This document shows, one piece after another, positions 40,760 through 51,400 of a DNA stretch of 64,000 nt. Numbering within the stretch: position 1 is the first letter of the stretch; each line of letters starts with the position of its first letter. A program made the translations under genes and the position numbers. The notes beneath the pieces were generated by a model. The model was not told the DNA's origin and ran no database searches. It saw nothing but the letters and a program-made list of their open reading frames with translations. Source of the DNA: Pirellulales bacterium. Its GTDB lineage: Bacteria; Planctomycetota; Planctomycetia; Pirellulales; Lacipirellulaceae. The stretch covers positions 23,686-87,685 of the forward strand of contig JBFWSG010000004.1 in the NCBI GenBank assembly GCA_050248495.1, read 5' to 3'.

Positions 40760-43700
40760 CTAGGGATCCGCCTTCTCAATCCTGGGTAGTGGGAAGACGA
40801 GCAAGTTGTTGTCCCAGACCTGGTAGACTTCGTGACGTATGCGACCCTGGGTGACGCCGTCAGGAAGCCCGCTGGCTTCGGTCACGAAGGTAGCTTCCGG
40901 CGCACGGCCGAGTGCGCCGGTGCTCCACAAGAGCGGCGTGTGAGCGGCAATCGACTCGTGCGATGCGTCATAGAAACTGCGGAGTTCCAGCTCCAAGCCT
41001 TGCGGCCGGTACGCGAATTCGCGGCCTGTGTACGGATCGATAGGCACGAACGGCAGGTAGTCAGATACGAGATCGGCCAGCGCTCCTGGATAACTACCGT
41101 GGTCGGCGCGATAGGCTAACAGGGCGAGCTGTTGCCGCAAGCCCAAACCGGCGACATCGGCATTGACGACCGAAGCGAGCCATCCGCCGAACGAGCGGTT
41201 CTTTTGCAATTCCCTCCGCAGGAAGGGCGATGTGCGGAGCCACGAATAGGGCGGATTCTCAGGCTTCCAATCATCGTCGTAGCGATTGAAATAATTGCTG
41301 CCCGATTGGACTTGTTGGATCTTGCGGCGGAGACTAAAGCCGATGTCTTCGTTCCTGTCTTCACCTTCAACCAGTACGTTGTGCTGCGACCAGTCGCGTA
41401 GCATTTCCTGGTTGAGCCGCCAGATCACATTGCGCCACTGGGCGACCTCGGCGATCGTGAGATAGTCGAGGATGGAGAGCGCCCGGGCGCGCTCCAGCGG
41501 CAATTCGTTCGACATCACGGCCACGTAATCGTCGACGCTGGCGTCCTTGCCCAAGAGCCGCGTCGGCTCCTTGCCGCGGATGATCGCCCGCAGCTGTTCG
41601 TGTGTGGCGACGATTTGCGGTGGGGGCGTCCACAACGCGATCGAGCTGACCGTGTCCGGAGTCGGCTCGCGCTCGGTCACGGGCGGATAGATTCTGTCGA
41701 GCGCGGCGATGGCCCGCTTGATCCGCTCGCTGGTCTGGCCCTTCGCGCCGGCCCACCGGACAAGGCCGCTTTGGGCGCGCAGCCGTTCCTGGACCGACTG
41801 ATAGACGTTCGTCGACGGCCCGTTCCACAACCGTTCCCAGAGCGTCAGGGCTGCGAGGTGAAACTCGAGCGCGGCGTCCAGCTGTCCGTCGCGCGTCGCC
41901 CAGCGGGCGGCTTCCCGGAGCAAAAACCTGAGGTCCTGGACCCGAGAGAAGCCGCCTTCGGAGACGGTGAGTCGGTAGTCGCCGAGGGCCAGCGGCACGG
42001 CCTCTTTGAGGATCTTTTCGTTGGCGGCCACGAGCGCCTGCAAATATTCGTCACCGTAGGAGCCCATCCCCATCCCTTCCTCTTCGACCAGCTTGTCGGG
42101 CCGCGGCGGGTAGTCGATCTTTTCACCGAGGCGCACGAGTCGATCGACTGTGGCCTGGTTTTTCTCCGGAAGATCGGCGGCCGATTGTTCGACCCAATGG
42201 GCGACGATCTGGTCAGCATGAAACGGCAACCCCGTTGAAAATTGCAGTTGACCACCAACTTGAATTGGACCCTCGAGATTCGTCAGCGCCTGGTATTTGT
42301 CTTCCAGGCTGATGGACCGCGCCGCAGGCAATCGCCACGCGATGAAGACGAGCGGGATCAACACCGCGGCCGCCACTTTGGCCCAACTGGCGAACGACTT
42401 GCGATCGACGAGCCAATCGGGGACGCGCAGCCACGTGGCGGCAACCAGGCCCAGAGCGATCGGCAACAGGAACACCGGCGGCTTGAGCTGCCAGGTCCAA
42501 GCGGCGAGGCCCCACGCCCCCAGCGGCAGCGCCAGCGCCAGTGCCGCGAAGCCGGCCACCAGCGCGCGGCGAAAAAAGAGCGACGTCGCCTGGCCCAGCG
42601 CGAAGCCCAAGGCGGCGCCCCACAAGCCAAATGCGAGGCTGCGGCTGGCGATGTCCAGATCGCGCCATTGTTCGGCGAGATATCGCGTGTCCCAGCTTGG
42701 ATTATAGTAGACGATATTCGGAAATTGGCGCCGCATCGCTGCGATGAAATCAAATGTCGCGGAGATCGATACGATGGCCGCCAGAATTGCCGCAAGCGCG
42801 ATCGGCATCGACCAGACCGCGAGCCGCGAGAACCAGACGTACCGCGGCCAGACGGCATGCTCGGCCAGGAAGCGATATTTGAACTGTCGCTGGTCGGCAT
42901 AGAACACCACCGACCAATAGATCGCCATCGCCAAGAGGGCAATCGGATACGGAAACATCACCAGATGGCTGAAACGAATCCGCGTCGCCATGTTCAGCAT
43001 GTCGGCGATCAGCAGCAGCATGAAACAGAGCCCGGGCACGATCAGCGACATGGCCAGCATCGGCTTCCATGATTGTCGCCAGGTGTGCCAGAGAAGATGG
43101 CCGAGCACTCGCGGGCTGTGGTGTCGAATTAGCGCGGCGCCGCGAGAGGCGACGCCGCGGAGGTAAGTGAGGGGTCTGGAATTGTCGGATGTCGACGGAG
43201 CGGGCGCCGTCGTCTCCGACGCTTTCCCTTGGTGCTCCTGGACCAGCCAGCGGCGGGCAACGAGCACATCGATCACCAGGATGCAGACGGCGACTGCGAT
43301 CCGGGGCACCAGCACGCCCGCATAGCTTTCGAGCATCATAAAGTTATCGGTGCGCTCGCCGAAGATGTTTGCGATCCAGGTGACGGCGAGCGACTCGGCG
43401 CCGATCGCCAACAGGGCCGCCAAGAGCGGCTGGCGAATCAATAGCGAAAAGAACATCCCCCAGGCCAGCATCTCAATGATTGCGAAGCCAAATGTCGAGA
43501 GCAGGAGCGAGAATTGCGCCGCGCTGGGCGCCCGCATGCCGGCAAACTGCCACGCAGTGATCAATAGCAAGGCCGCGAGCATCAATGAGCTGGTAACGGC
43601 GAACGACGCTTTGCCTGTAAACAGCGGCAGCCAGCGCGTGGGGAGGCCACTCAGGTAGGCATATGTTTCCTCTTCGTGCTCCATGGAAAACGTCGTAGCG

Positions 43701-43906
43701 GCAACGCCGACGGCGTAGAGCGCGGCAGCGGCGAGCGCGATGCCGAACACCGTGGTCACCGGATCGGAGCTGGGCGGCGCCAGGGCGATCGTGACCGCCT
43801 GCAACAGCGCGGCGATCACGCAGGCCGCGAGCCAGAAGCCGCGCAGGGTGCGGTATTCCTTCCAGGCAAAACGCGCGGCGACGGGGGAGAGGGTGACAGA
43901 TGACAT
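40760..43906 (-). CDS. ABC-2-type transporter permease with a very large (about 600 aa) extracytoplasmic domain
   Basis: Multiple N-terminal and central transmembrane helices are present. It lies immediately downstream of the ABC ATPase in the same operon, and the large soluble domain is inserted between the membrane bundles. Confidence 0.65.
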   Translation of the reverse strand: MSSVTLSPVAARFAWKEYRTLRGFWLAACVIAALLQAVTIALAPPSSDPVTTVFGIALAAAALYAVGVAATTFSMEHEEETYAYLSGLPTRWLPLFTGKASFAVTSSLMLAALLLITAWQFAGMRAPSAAQFSLLLSTFGFAIIEMLAWGMFFSLLIRQPLLAALLAIGAESLAVTWIANIFGERTDNFMMLESYAGVLVPRIAVAVCILVIDVLVARRWLVQEHQGKASETTAPAPSTSDNSRPLTYLRGVASRGAALIRHHSPRVLGHLLWHTWRQSWKPMLAMSLIVPGLCFMLLLIADMLNMATRIRFSHLVMFPYPIALLAMAIYWSVVFYADQRQFKYRFLAEHAVWPRYVWFSRLAVWSMPIALAAILAAIVSISATFDFIAAMRRQFPNIVYYNPSWDTRYLAEQWRDLDIASRSLAFGLWGAALGFALGQATSLFFRRALVAGFAALALALPLGAWGLAAWTWQLKPPVFLLPIALGLVAATWLRVPDWLVDRKSFASWAKVAAAVLIPLVFIAWRLPAARSISLEDKYQALTNLEGPIQVGGQLQFSTGLPFHADQIVAHWVEQSAADLPEKNQATVDRLVRLGEKIDYPPRPDKLVEEEGMGMGSYGDEYLQALVAANEKILKEAVPLALGDYRLTVSEGGFSRVQDLRFLLREAARWATRDGQLDAALEFHLAALTLWERLWNGPSTNVYQSVQERLRAQSGLVRWAGAKGQTSERIKRAIAALDRIYPPVTEREPTPDTVSSIALWTPPPQIVATHEQLRAIIRGKEPTRLLGKDASVDDYVAVMSNELPLERARALSILDYLTIAEVAQWRNVIWRLNQEMLRDWSQHNVLVEGEDRNEDIGFSLRRKIQQVQSGSNYFNRYDDDWKPENPPYSWLRTSPFLRRELQKNRSFGGWLASVVNADVAGLGLRQQLALLAYRADHGSYPGALADLVSDYLPFVPIDPYTGREFAYRPQGLELELRSFYDASHESIAAHTPLLWSTGALGRAPEATFVTEASGLPDGVTQGRIRHEVYQVWDNNLLVFPLPRIEKADP

Positions 43907-43945
43907 GGGAGTGAGAACGATGAGCGGTGAATGATGAGTGATGAA

Positions 43946-44893
43946 CTAGGCCAGACCAGGCGAATCGATCATGGGCGATGGCGTTAACAGCGCGGCCGAC
44001 GTTGTCGAGGGCGCGCCCGTCATGTAAGCGACAAAAATCTCTTCGAGCGACGGCGTCCGCGACTCCACGGCGGTGACGCCGGTCGTAAAGCGGAGCGCAT
44101 CGATCGCCGCTTCATCGAGGCCGCGGGTGATGAGCTCGTATTGCCGCCCTCGATGCCGTTCGTGAATCACCTGTCCCTCCAGCGGCGGCAGCGGGCGATG
44201 CGGGTCCTCCATCGTCACGGTGACTTGCCGCGTGCTGCGTTTGATATCTTCCAAACGGTCGACCAGGAGCACGCGGCCGGCGTGGACGATCGCAACGATA
44301 TCCGCCACCCGTTCCACCTCGCCGATCTGGTGACTGGAGAGGAGCACCGTTCGTCCCTCGGCGGCGACGTCGACCATGCTTTCGAGAAACTCACGGCGGA
44401 CCATCATGTCGAAGCCGCTCGTAGGCTCGTCCAGGATCAATAGCTCCGGCTTGTGGGCCATGGCGAGCGACAACGCCACTTTGCCGCGCATGCCCTTGGA
44501 CATCTGACTGAGCTTGCGGTCGAGCGGTACGCGGAAGCCCTCGACCAGGCGGCGGAATTCGAATTCGAAGCCGTCTGGATAGAAGCCCGCGGTAAACCAG
44601 CCGATCTCGGCGGCGGTCATCCAGTCGTAGAGCGTGGGCCGCTCCGGCAGGTAGCCCACTCGGCGACGAATTTCAAAGCCCTCGCGGCGGCTATCGAGCC
44701 CCAGCACGCGGACCTCGCCCGCCGTGGGCGACGCCAGGCCGAGCATCAACCGGATCGCCGTCGTCTTGCCGGCGCCGTTTTCGCCCAACAGCGCGAAGAC
44801 CACACCGGGCGGCACCGCGAGCGAGACCTGGTCCAGCGCGGCCTGCTGGCCATAGAGCTTGGTGACGCGATCGAGCTCGATAACCGGGTTCAT
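43946..44893 (-). CDS. ABC transporter ATP-binding protein
   Basis: Walker A (GENGAGKTT), the ABC signature (LSQMSKGMRGK), Walker B (LLILDEPTSGFD) and the H-loop are all present. Confidence 0.9.
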   Translation of the reverse strand: MNPVIELDRVTKLYGQQAALDQVSLAVPPGVVFALLGENGAGKTTAIRLMLGLASPTAGEVRVLGLDSRREGFEIRRRVGYLPERPTLYDWMTAAEIGWFTAGFYPDGFEFEFRRLVEGFRVPLDRKLSQMSKGMRGKVALSLAMAHKPELLILDEPTSGFDMMVRREFLESMVDVAAEGRTVLLSSHQIGEVERVADIVAIVHAGRVLLVDRLEDIKRSTRQVTVTMEDPHRPLPPLEGQVIHERHRGRQYELITRGLDEAAIDALRFTTGVTAVESRTPSLEEIFVAYMTGAPSTTSAALLTPSPMIDSPGLA

Positions 44894-44896
44894 AAG

Positions 44897-44995
44897 TTAC
44901 TCCAGGAATGACGAATTCCCAATGACGAATGACGAATGACGAATGAGGTTTCGTGGTGCCGAGCTTCGTCATTAGTCATTCGACATTAGTCATTG
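44897..44995. repeat. TGACGAATGA / TCATTCGTCA repeat cluster
   Basis: ggaatgacgaattcc caatgacgaatgacgaatgacgaatga ... cgtcattagtcattcgacattagtcattgac. Confidence 0.6.
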
Positions 44996-45008
44996 ACTTC
45001 CTCTGTGG

Positions 45009-45401
45009 TTAATTCTTCTTCGCACGACGCAACGTGGCTATTTCCGCGCGGACCAGTTGTTCGATTTCGGCGTTGTCGAGGCCGCTGGTGGCCGCTTCTT
45101 CCAGGACCAATTTGAGTCGGGCGCGGATCAGTTTGGTCCGTTCCGACTGGCACTGGCGACGGGCGGCCGGCGCGACGGCCAGGCCCGTGCCGCGGACCGA
45201 TTCGAGCACGCCGTCGTCTTGCAATTGGCGATAGGCACGGGCGACGGTGTTTGGATTGATCGCCAGGTCGCGGGCCAGCTCGCGGACGCTCGGGACCAGC
45301 TCGCCCGACGCCAGGGCCCCGTCGGCGATGGCGAACTTCACCTGCCGCACGATCTGGTCGTACACGGCCAGCCCGTTATGTGCGTCGATGGTGAAGAACA
45401 T
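45009..45401 (-). CDS. GntR-family transcriptional regulator, YtrA subfamily
   Basis: The winged HTH is PSVRELARDLAINPNTVARAYRQL. A short C-terminal helix is present. It leads an ABC-transporter operon, as in ytrA-type systems. Confidence 0.85.
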   Translation of the reverse strand: MFFTIDAHNGLAVYDQIVRQVKFAIADGALASGELVPSVRELARDLAINPNTVARAYRQLQDDGVLESVRGTGLAVAPAARRQCQSERTKLIRARLKLVLEEAATSGLDNAEIEQLVRAEIATLRRAKKN

Positions 45402-45433
45402 CTGCTGGGCCTCCGACGAAGGGAGCGGTCGAC

Positions 45434-45454
45434 TGTACTAGCGTACTAGTACGG
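45434..45454. promoter_or_regulatory. putative YtrA operator: TGTACTAG-C-GTACTAGTAC
   Basis: It contains the perfect 10-bp palindrome GTACTAGTAC (45443-45452) and a direct GTACTAG repeat, about 35-55 bp upstream of the GntR start codon. Confidence 0.5.
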
Positions 45455-45907
45455 TAACAAAGCGTGGCCGCGCGCGTCAAGCCGATTGTCGAAGAGTTTC
45501 CCTCCGCCGCCGCGGCGAGGTGCTGGTTCGCGTGCAAAAATCGGTGACGCAATGCGCGAACGAGGCCGATAGACTCGCCGCGATCGGCAGTGCTTGCGCG
45601 ACCCTCAAAGGGGAAGGAGCAGTTCCCGCTGATCGGCTGGGAATTGCGACGAAAATACTTGACTTTTCATTTGCGGCCCGATAGGCTCAAGCCTTCTAGC
45701 CGCAAAACGACATTGCGGCCGTCAGCTCTTTTCCCGAAAACTTAGGTTCTGCGACGGCGGCTAGCCTGGACGCCGCGCGGGACTACGGGGCGGCTTCCGA
45801 GGGGGAGCTGGTCCAGTGTATGTCCGTTGGATTTGTGGGCAGAAGCACTTCTATCGGTGCGCCGTCGCTGGGGCGCGGCGTTCCTTTGCACAGCTAGCGA
45901 GGTTTCT

Positions 45908-48004
45908 ATGTTTCGCAATCTGATATCGTTGATCGCTCGGCCTTCCACGGTGAAGTCGCGTCGTCGCCGTGGCCACAACAACTTGCGCTCGCTGTTGTCG
46001 ATCGAGAGTCTGGAAGATCGTATTGTGCTGGCGACTTCGGTCACCATCACGCCGGCAGCGGGCGTATTCGGCATTCAGGATCTCGACTACCAATACCAAA
46101 AGCTGGCCACGTTCGTCGTAACGACGGATGATTTTTCGCTTCCCGCATTTTCGATTGATTGGGGCGGCGACCCGACGATTCCCGGTAACATTACACCCAT
46201 CGAGTCGACCTTCACAAGAACGGACATCTCGCTGGTGCCGGGTGAAACAAGCACCTTCGAGGGAGTTCTGTACGGCACGTTCAGCTACGATCTTGCCGGC
46301 CCGAAGACTGCCACCATCACGGCCGTCGATCCGCTTAATCCGTCGGTCGAATTGGCAGCGGAAGGCATGGCAATTAATGTTTTTGAACAGCACTCCGGAA
46401 GCGAAACGTTTTCTCTCCTACCGCCGGCCGGACCCATCTCCGAAGCCGGCAGCTACGCTTACACGCTGAATTCGAGCTTTGGCGTTTCGGCAATCTCTTA
46501 TTCCATCGACTGGGGCGACAGCGTGCAAACCGGCATCAGCACCTTCGATGCGGTATCGTTGCATTCGCACACGTACGCGGATGATTCGCCGTTTGCGCTC
46601 AATAACTACCGGATTTCAGTTGCGGTGGAGACTGCTGGCGGCACCTTCGCCATTCAGGGCCCGGCGGTGGAGGTTCTCGACGTGGCGCCAAGCGTCGTCA
46701 TCGATGGGCCGACCAGCATTGCTGCGAACGACACGTACACGCTCAATTTGTCGTCCAGCGACGTTAGTGCCGAGGATCAGCCGGTTCAATGGCTGGTTTA
46801 CTGGGACTATGTGAACGACCCTGGCACATTCGAGATCGTGGATGCGGACCTCACGTCGGTGACTCATGTTTACACGACCGATGGGCCGCGGACGATTTTT
46901 GCCGAGTTCATGGACGATGACTTTCTTACCACGCCATCCAATACCGTTGACGTCACCGTCGGCAGCCAGCCGACGGCAGACGCGGGCGGTCCCTACACCA
47001 CGCTCGCCGATGTGCCGATCACGCTCACCGGCGTCGGCGCTGGCGGCACGAATCTGGCCTACGCCTGGGATCTCGATGGCGACGATATGTACGGCGAGCT
47101 GGGTGAAGTCGGCGCCGCGGTCACGTTTGATCCGGCCGGCGTGGCGGGTACGCGCACCGTGCGGCTCAAAGTAACCGACCTCGACACCAACGTCGTGAGC
47201 GAGCCGGATGAAGCCATGATCACGGTCAACGCCACCGGCGCGCTGGTGGTAGATGAAACTTTGCACGTGCTGGGCAGCGGCACGGGTGGCGACACGGTGA
47301 CCGTGAGCGTCAGCGGCGGCAACATCGTCGTCAACACAGGTTCCGGACCGCAGACGTTCAGCCTCGCCTCGATAGATGAGCTCAACGTCCGCACGGGGGG
47401 CGGCAACGACATCATCACGATTGCGGCCGCTGTCACGATTCCGACGACGGTTGACGCCGGCGACGGCGACGACCTCATCCTGGGTGGCGGCGGACGCAGC
47501 GTGCTCATGGGCGGTGCGGGCACCGACATCATTTACGGCGGTGCAGGCGACGATGTGCTCATGGGTGGTACGGGCAACGACCTGTTATTGGGCGGCGGCG
47601 GCAACGACGCTCTCGTGGGCGGCGGCGGCACCGACATCCTGGAAGGCGGTGATGGACGAGACGTTCTTGTCGGCGGTGTCGGCAGCGACGCCATCTTGGG
47701 CGGAAGCGGTGACGACATCCTCATCGGCGGCTACACGATCCACGACGGTAACGTCGCGGCGCTGGATCAGATCATGAACACTTGGACGAGCGGCGCCAGC
47801 CTGACCGCTCGAATCAATCTCCTCACGGCGGTGGGTGGTTTGCTCGAGGCCAATGAAGCCGTGTTTGACGACGATGCAATCGACGTGATTACCGGTGGGG
47901 CCGGCGCCGACTTGATCTTTGGCGACCGCAGCCTGTTCGGGGATGGTGCGATCGATCTGATAGCGCTGCAGACGGCCCAGGACCGCTTGATCGCGCTCAA
48001 TTGA
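45908..48004 (+). CDS. secreted RTX-type (hemolysin-type Ca-binding repeat) protein with PKD-like modules
   Basis: The C-terminus holds 12 or more nonapeptide repeats (GGAGTDIIYGGAGDDVLMGGTGNDLLLGGGGNDALVGG...). The N-terminus is RRRRGHNNLRSLLSIESLEDRIVLA. Confidence 0.75.
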   Translation: MFRNLISLIARPSTVKSRRRRGHNNLRSLLSIESLEDRIVLATSVTITPAAGVFGIQDLDYQYQKLATFVVTTDDFSLPAFSIDWGGDPTIPGNITPIESTFTRTDISLVPGETSTFEGVLYGTFSYDLAGPKTATITAVDPLNPSVELAAEGMAINVFEQHSGSETFSLLPPAGPISEAGSYAYTLNSSFGVSAISYSIDWGDSVQTGISTFDAVSLHSHTYADDSPFALNNYRISVAVETAGGTFAIQGPAVEVLDVAPSVVIDGPTSIAANDTYTLNLSSSDVSAEDQPVQWLVYWDYVNDPGTFEIVDADLTSVTHVYTTDGPRTIFAEFMDDDFLTTPSNTVDVTVGSQPTADAGGPYTTLADVPITLTGVGAGGTNLAYAWDLDGDDMYGELGEVGAAVTFDPAGVAGTRTVRLKVTDLDTNVVSEPDEAMITVNATGALVVDETLHVLGSGTGGDTVTVSVSGGNIVVNTGSGPQTFSLASIDELNVRTGGGNDIITIAAAVTIPTTVDAGDGDDLILGGGGRSVLMGGAGTDIIYGGAGDDVLMGGTGNDLLLGGGGNDALVGGGGTDILEGGDGRDVLVGGVGSDAILGGSGDDILIGGYTIHDGNVAALDQIMNTWTSGASLTARINLLTAVGGLLEANEAVFDDDAIDVITGGAGADLIFGDRSLFGDGAIDLIALQTAQDRLIALN

Positions 48005-48053
48005 GGCCCTCTTATTCTGGCAGCACAAAAGGTCATGCGGTCGAATACATGGT

Positions 48054-48080
48054 CCGGAGCCGCTCATTCGCAGCTCCGGA
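48054..48080 (+). terminator. hairpin downstream of the RTX gene (tccggagc-cgctcattcgca-gctccgga)
   Basis: An 8-bp perfect stem is followed by a weak T-rich tail. Confidence 0.35.
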
Positions 48081-48371
48081 CTATTTCGTTTCCAGGCAGT
48101 AAACACCGGCAAAATCGGCCCCTCCGGTGTTTTCCTGCTTGGCGCAATGTGTGCTACGATAGATCATTGACACTTGAACGCCGGTGACGATTGCGCCGGC
48201 GCCCAGGCGGAGTGTCTGTTTATCATTTCGCCATTGAGTTAATTTAGGGCGCCGAGCCGTTTAGCCCGAGTAGAGAATATGCGCCCAGATTGCGGGGCGG
48301 CCTGGGCTTAGCGTCTGCGTCGCCCCTGCCGCCATTGGGTCGGCCCGATCCGGCCCGCCAACTCCCCCACC

Positions 48372-48404
48372 ACGAAGTAGCCCACGTAATACGAAGTAGC
48401 CCAC
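48372..48404. promoter_or_regulatory. 14-bp direct repeat ACGAAGTAGCCCAC x2 abutting the start codon of the large transglutaminase-like gene
   Basis: cACGAAGTAGCCCACgtaatACGAAGTAGCCCACcATG. The second copy ends 1 nt before the ATG at 48406. Confidence 0.45.
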
Positions 48405-48405
48405 C

Positions 48406-51400
48406 ATGCCGATCCGCGTCGCGCTCCACCATCGCACCGAGTACAAGTACGATCGCCTGACCGAGCTGGGTCCGCAGGTGGTTCGTTTGCGCCCGGCGCC
48501 CCATTGCCGCACGCCAATCCGCGCCTACTCGCTGAAGATCTCGCCGCCCGGGCACTATCTCAATTGGCAGCAGGATCCGTACGGCAACTACCTCGCGCGT
48601 CTGGTGTTCAACGAACAGGTCAACGACTTCGTCGTCGAGGTCGACGTGCAGGCCGAGATGACGGTCATCAATCCGTTCGACTTCTTTCTGGAGCCCGCGG
48701 CCGAAAGGTATCCGTTCTCCTACACACCGACGTTGCTCAAGGACTTGATGCCGTTTCTGCACGTCTCGCCGGTGATGGAGAATTCACCGCTGGCGGACTT
48801 CATGCGGACGATCGACACCACGCCGCGGAAGACGATCGACTTCCTGGTCGACTTGAACCGGCACTTGAAAGAAGTGATCGGCTACGTGATCCGCTTGGAG
48901 CCCGGCGTACAGACGTGCGACGAAACGCTCAGCAAGCGGACCGGCTCATGCCGCGACTCGGGGTGGCTGTTGGTGAACATCCTGCGGCACATGGGCTTTG
49001 CCGCGCGGTTCGTGTCGGGCTACTTGATTCAATTGACGGCCGACGTGAAGTCGCTCGACGGGCCGAGCGGGCCGGAACACGACTTCACCGACCTGCACGC
49101 CTGGGCCGAAGTCTATCTGCCGGGGGCGGGCTGGATCGGCCTCGACCCGACGAGCGGCCTGATGGCGGGCGAAGGGCACATTCCGCTGGCCTGTACGCCT
49201 GAGCCGATCAGTGCCGCGCCGATCACCGGCACCACGTCCGAGGCGAAGTGTGAATTCGGTTTCGAAATGAGCGTCACGAGGATCCACGAAGATCCGCGGG
49301 TCACGCTGCCGTACACCGACGCCCAGTGGCAGGCGATCACGGATTTCGGCCACCATGTCGACGAGCACCTGGAGCGCGGCGACGTGCGGCTCACGATGGG
49401 CGGCGAGCCGACCTTCGTGTCCATCGACGACATGGAGAGCGACGAATGGCGGACCGCGGCCACGGGCCCGCACAAGCGGCGGCTCGCCGGCGATCTGTTG
49501 ATGCGATTGAAACATCGCTGGGCGCCAGGTGGCTTGTTGCACTTGGGACAGGGCAAGTGGTATCCGGGCGAATCGCTGCCGCGCTGGGCGCTGCGCTGTT
49601 ACTGGCGCGAAGATGGCCAGCCGATCTGGCGCGACGAGTCGCTGTTTGCCGATCCGTTGGTACCGGGCACCCACACCGCCGAGGACGCTCAGCGGTTTGG
49701 CCGCGAATTGGCAGCCCGGCTGGGCGTGAATCCGGACTTCGTCACTTTTGGTTACGAAGACGCGCTCTACTACACCTGGAAGGAGCGGCGGCTACCAACG
49801 AATGTCGATATCCGCGATTCAAAGCTGGAAAACAAGGAAGAGCGGGCGCGACTGGCCAGAGTGTTCGAACAAGGAATCACTTCGCCTATCGGTTGCGTTC
49901 TGCCGCTACGAAAGCTGTGGTGGCTCGCCGAACCGGTGTGGGAGAGCGGCACCTGGGTCGTCCGCTCGGACGAGATGTTCCTGATCCCCGGCGATTCGGC
50001 GATGGGTTTCCGCCTGCCGCTGCAATCGCTGCTGTGGTACAGCGGGGCAAAGGCCGAAATGGCTGGCTACGCGATCGAGCCATTTGAAGCGCGGCTGCCG
50101 CTGCCGGAACACGACCAATTGCGTGAAGAGCTCTTTGCTCGCAGCGCGGCCTGGGCTCACAAGCGGCAACCCGTGCTCGTGGGCGGCGGCGATTCGTCCG
50201 GCGGCCCCGACAGCGGCGGCGGGCGACATGGCGGTGGTGGCGGCGAAGGCTTTGGCACCAACGGCAAGACGCCACACGATCCGTTTGCCGATCCGCGCGA
50301 TTTGCCCGAGTGGCAGCGGAACGATCCGGCGTTCGTCGTGCGGACGGCCATCTGCGTTGAGCCGCGCGGCGGCGTGCTGCACATCTTCATGCCGCCTTTG
50401 GATCGGCTCGAAGACTATTTGGAGCTCGTCACCGCGATCGAAGACACCTCGGCGGCGCTCGCGCTTCCGGTCGTGATCGAAGGCTACCTGCCGCCACACG
50501 ACTCGCGCGTCGACCATATCAAAGTGACGCCCGACCCCGGCGTGATCGAGGTAAACGTCCACCCGGCCCATCATTGGGAAGAGCTGGTCGACATCACGAC
50601 CAGCGTCTACGAAGACGCGCGCCTCGCGCGCCTCGGCACCGAGAAGTTCGATCTCGATGGCACCCACACCGGCACTGGCGGCGGCAACCACGTGGTGCTC
50701 GGCGGCCGCACGCCGCAGGACAGCCCGTTTTTGCGCCGGCCCGATTTGCTGCGGAGTCTCGTGGCCTACTGGCACAATCACCCGTCCCTCTCGTACCTGC
50801 TCTCGGGCACGTTCATCGGCCCCACGAGCCAGGCACCGCGCGTCGATGAAGGCCGCCGCGACTCGACGTACGAGCTGGGCATCGCGTTCGAGCAGTTGCC
50901 CAAGGACGGCTATTGCCCGCCCTGGCTCATCGACCGCGTCTTTCGGCATTTGCTCGTCGACGGCACCGGCAACACCCACCGCGCCGAGTTCTGCATCGAC
51001 AAGCTGTTTGCACCGGAATCATCGACCGGCCGCCTCGGGCTCGTCGAGTTCCGCGCGTTCGAAATGCCGCCCCACGCCCGGATGAGCCTCGCGCAGCAGG
51101 TGCTGCTGCGGGCGCTCGTGGCCCGCTTCTGGGAGCGGCCCTACGAAACAAAGCTCGTCCACTGGGACACGACGCTCCACGACCGCTTCATGCTGCCCCA
51201 CTTCGTGCGGCAAGATTTTGAAGACGTCGTCACCGACACGCGCGAGTCCGGTTTCGAGCTGGACCTGGCCTGGTTCGCGCCTCACTTCGAGTTCCGCTTT
51301 CCGATCATGGGTGAGTTCACCCAGCGGAGCACGCGCGTCGAACTGCGCAAAGCAATCGAACCGTGGTACGTGCTCGGCGAAGAGCCGGCCGGCGGCTATA

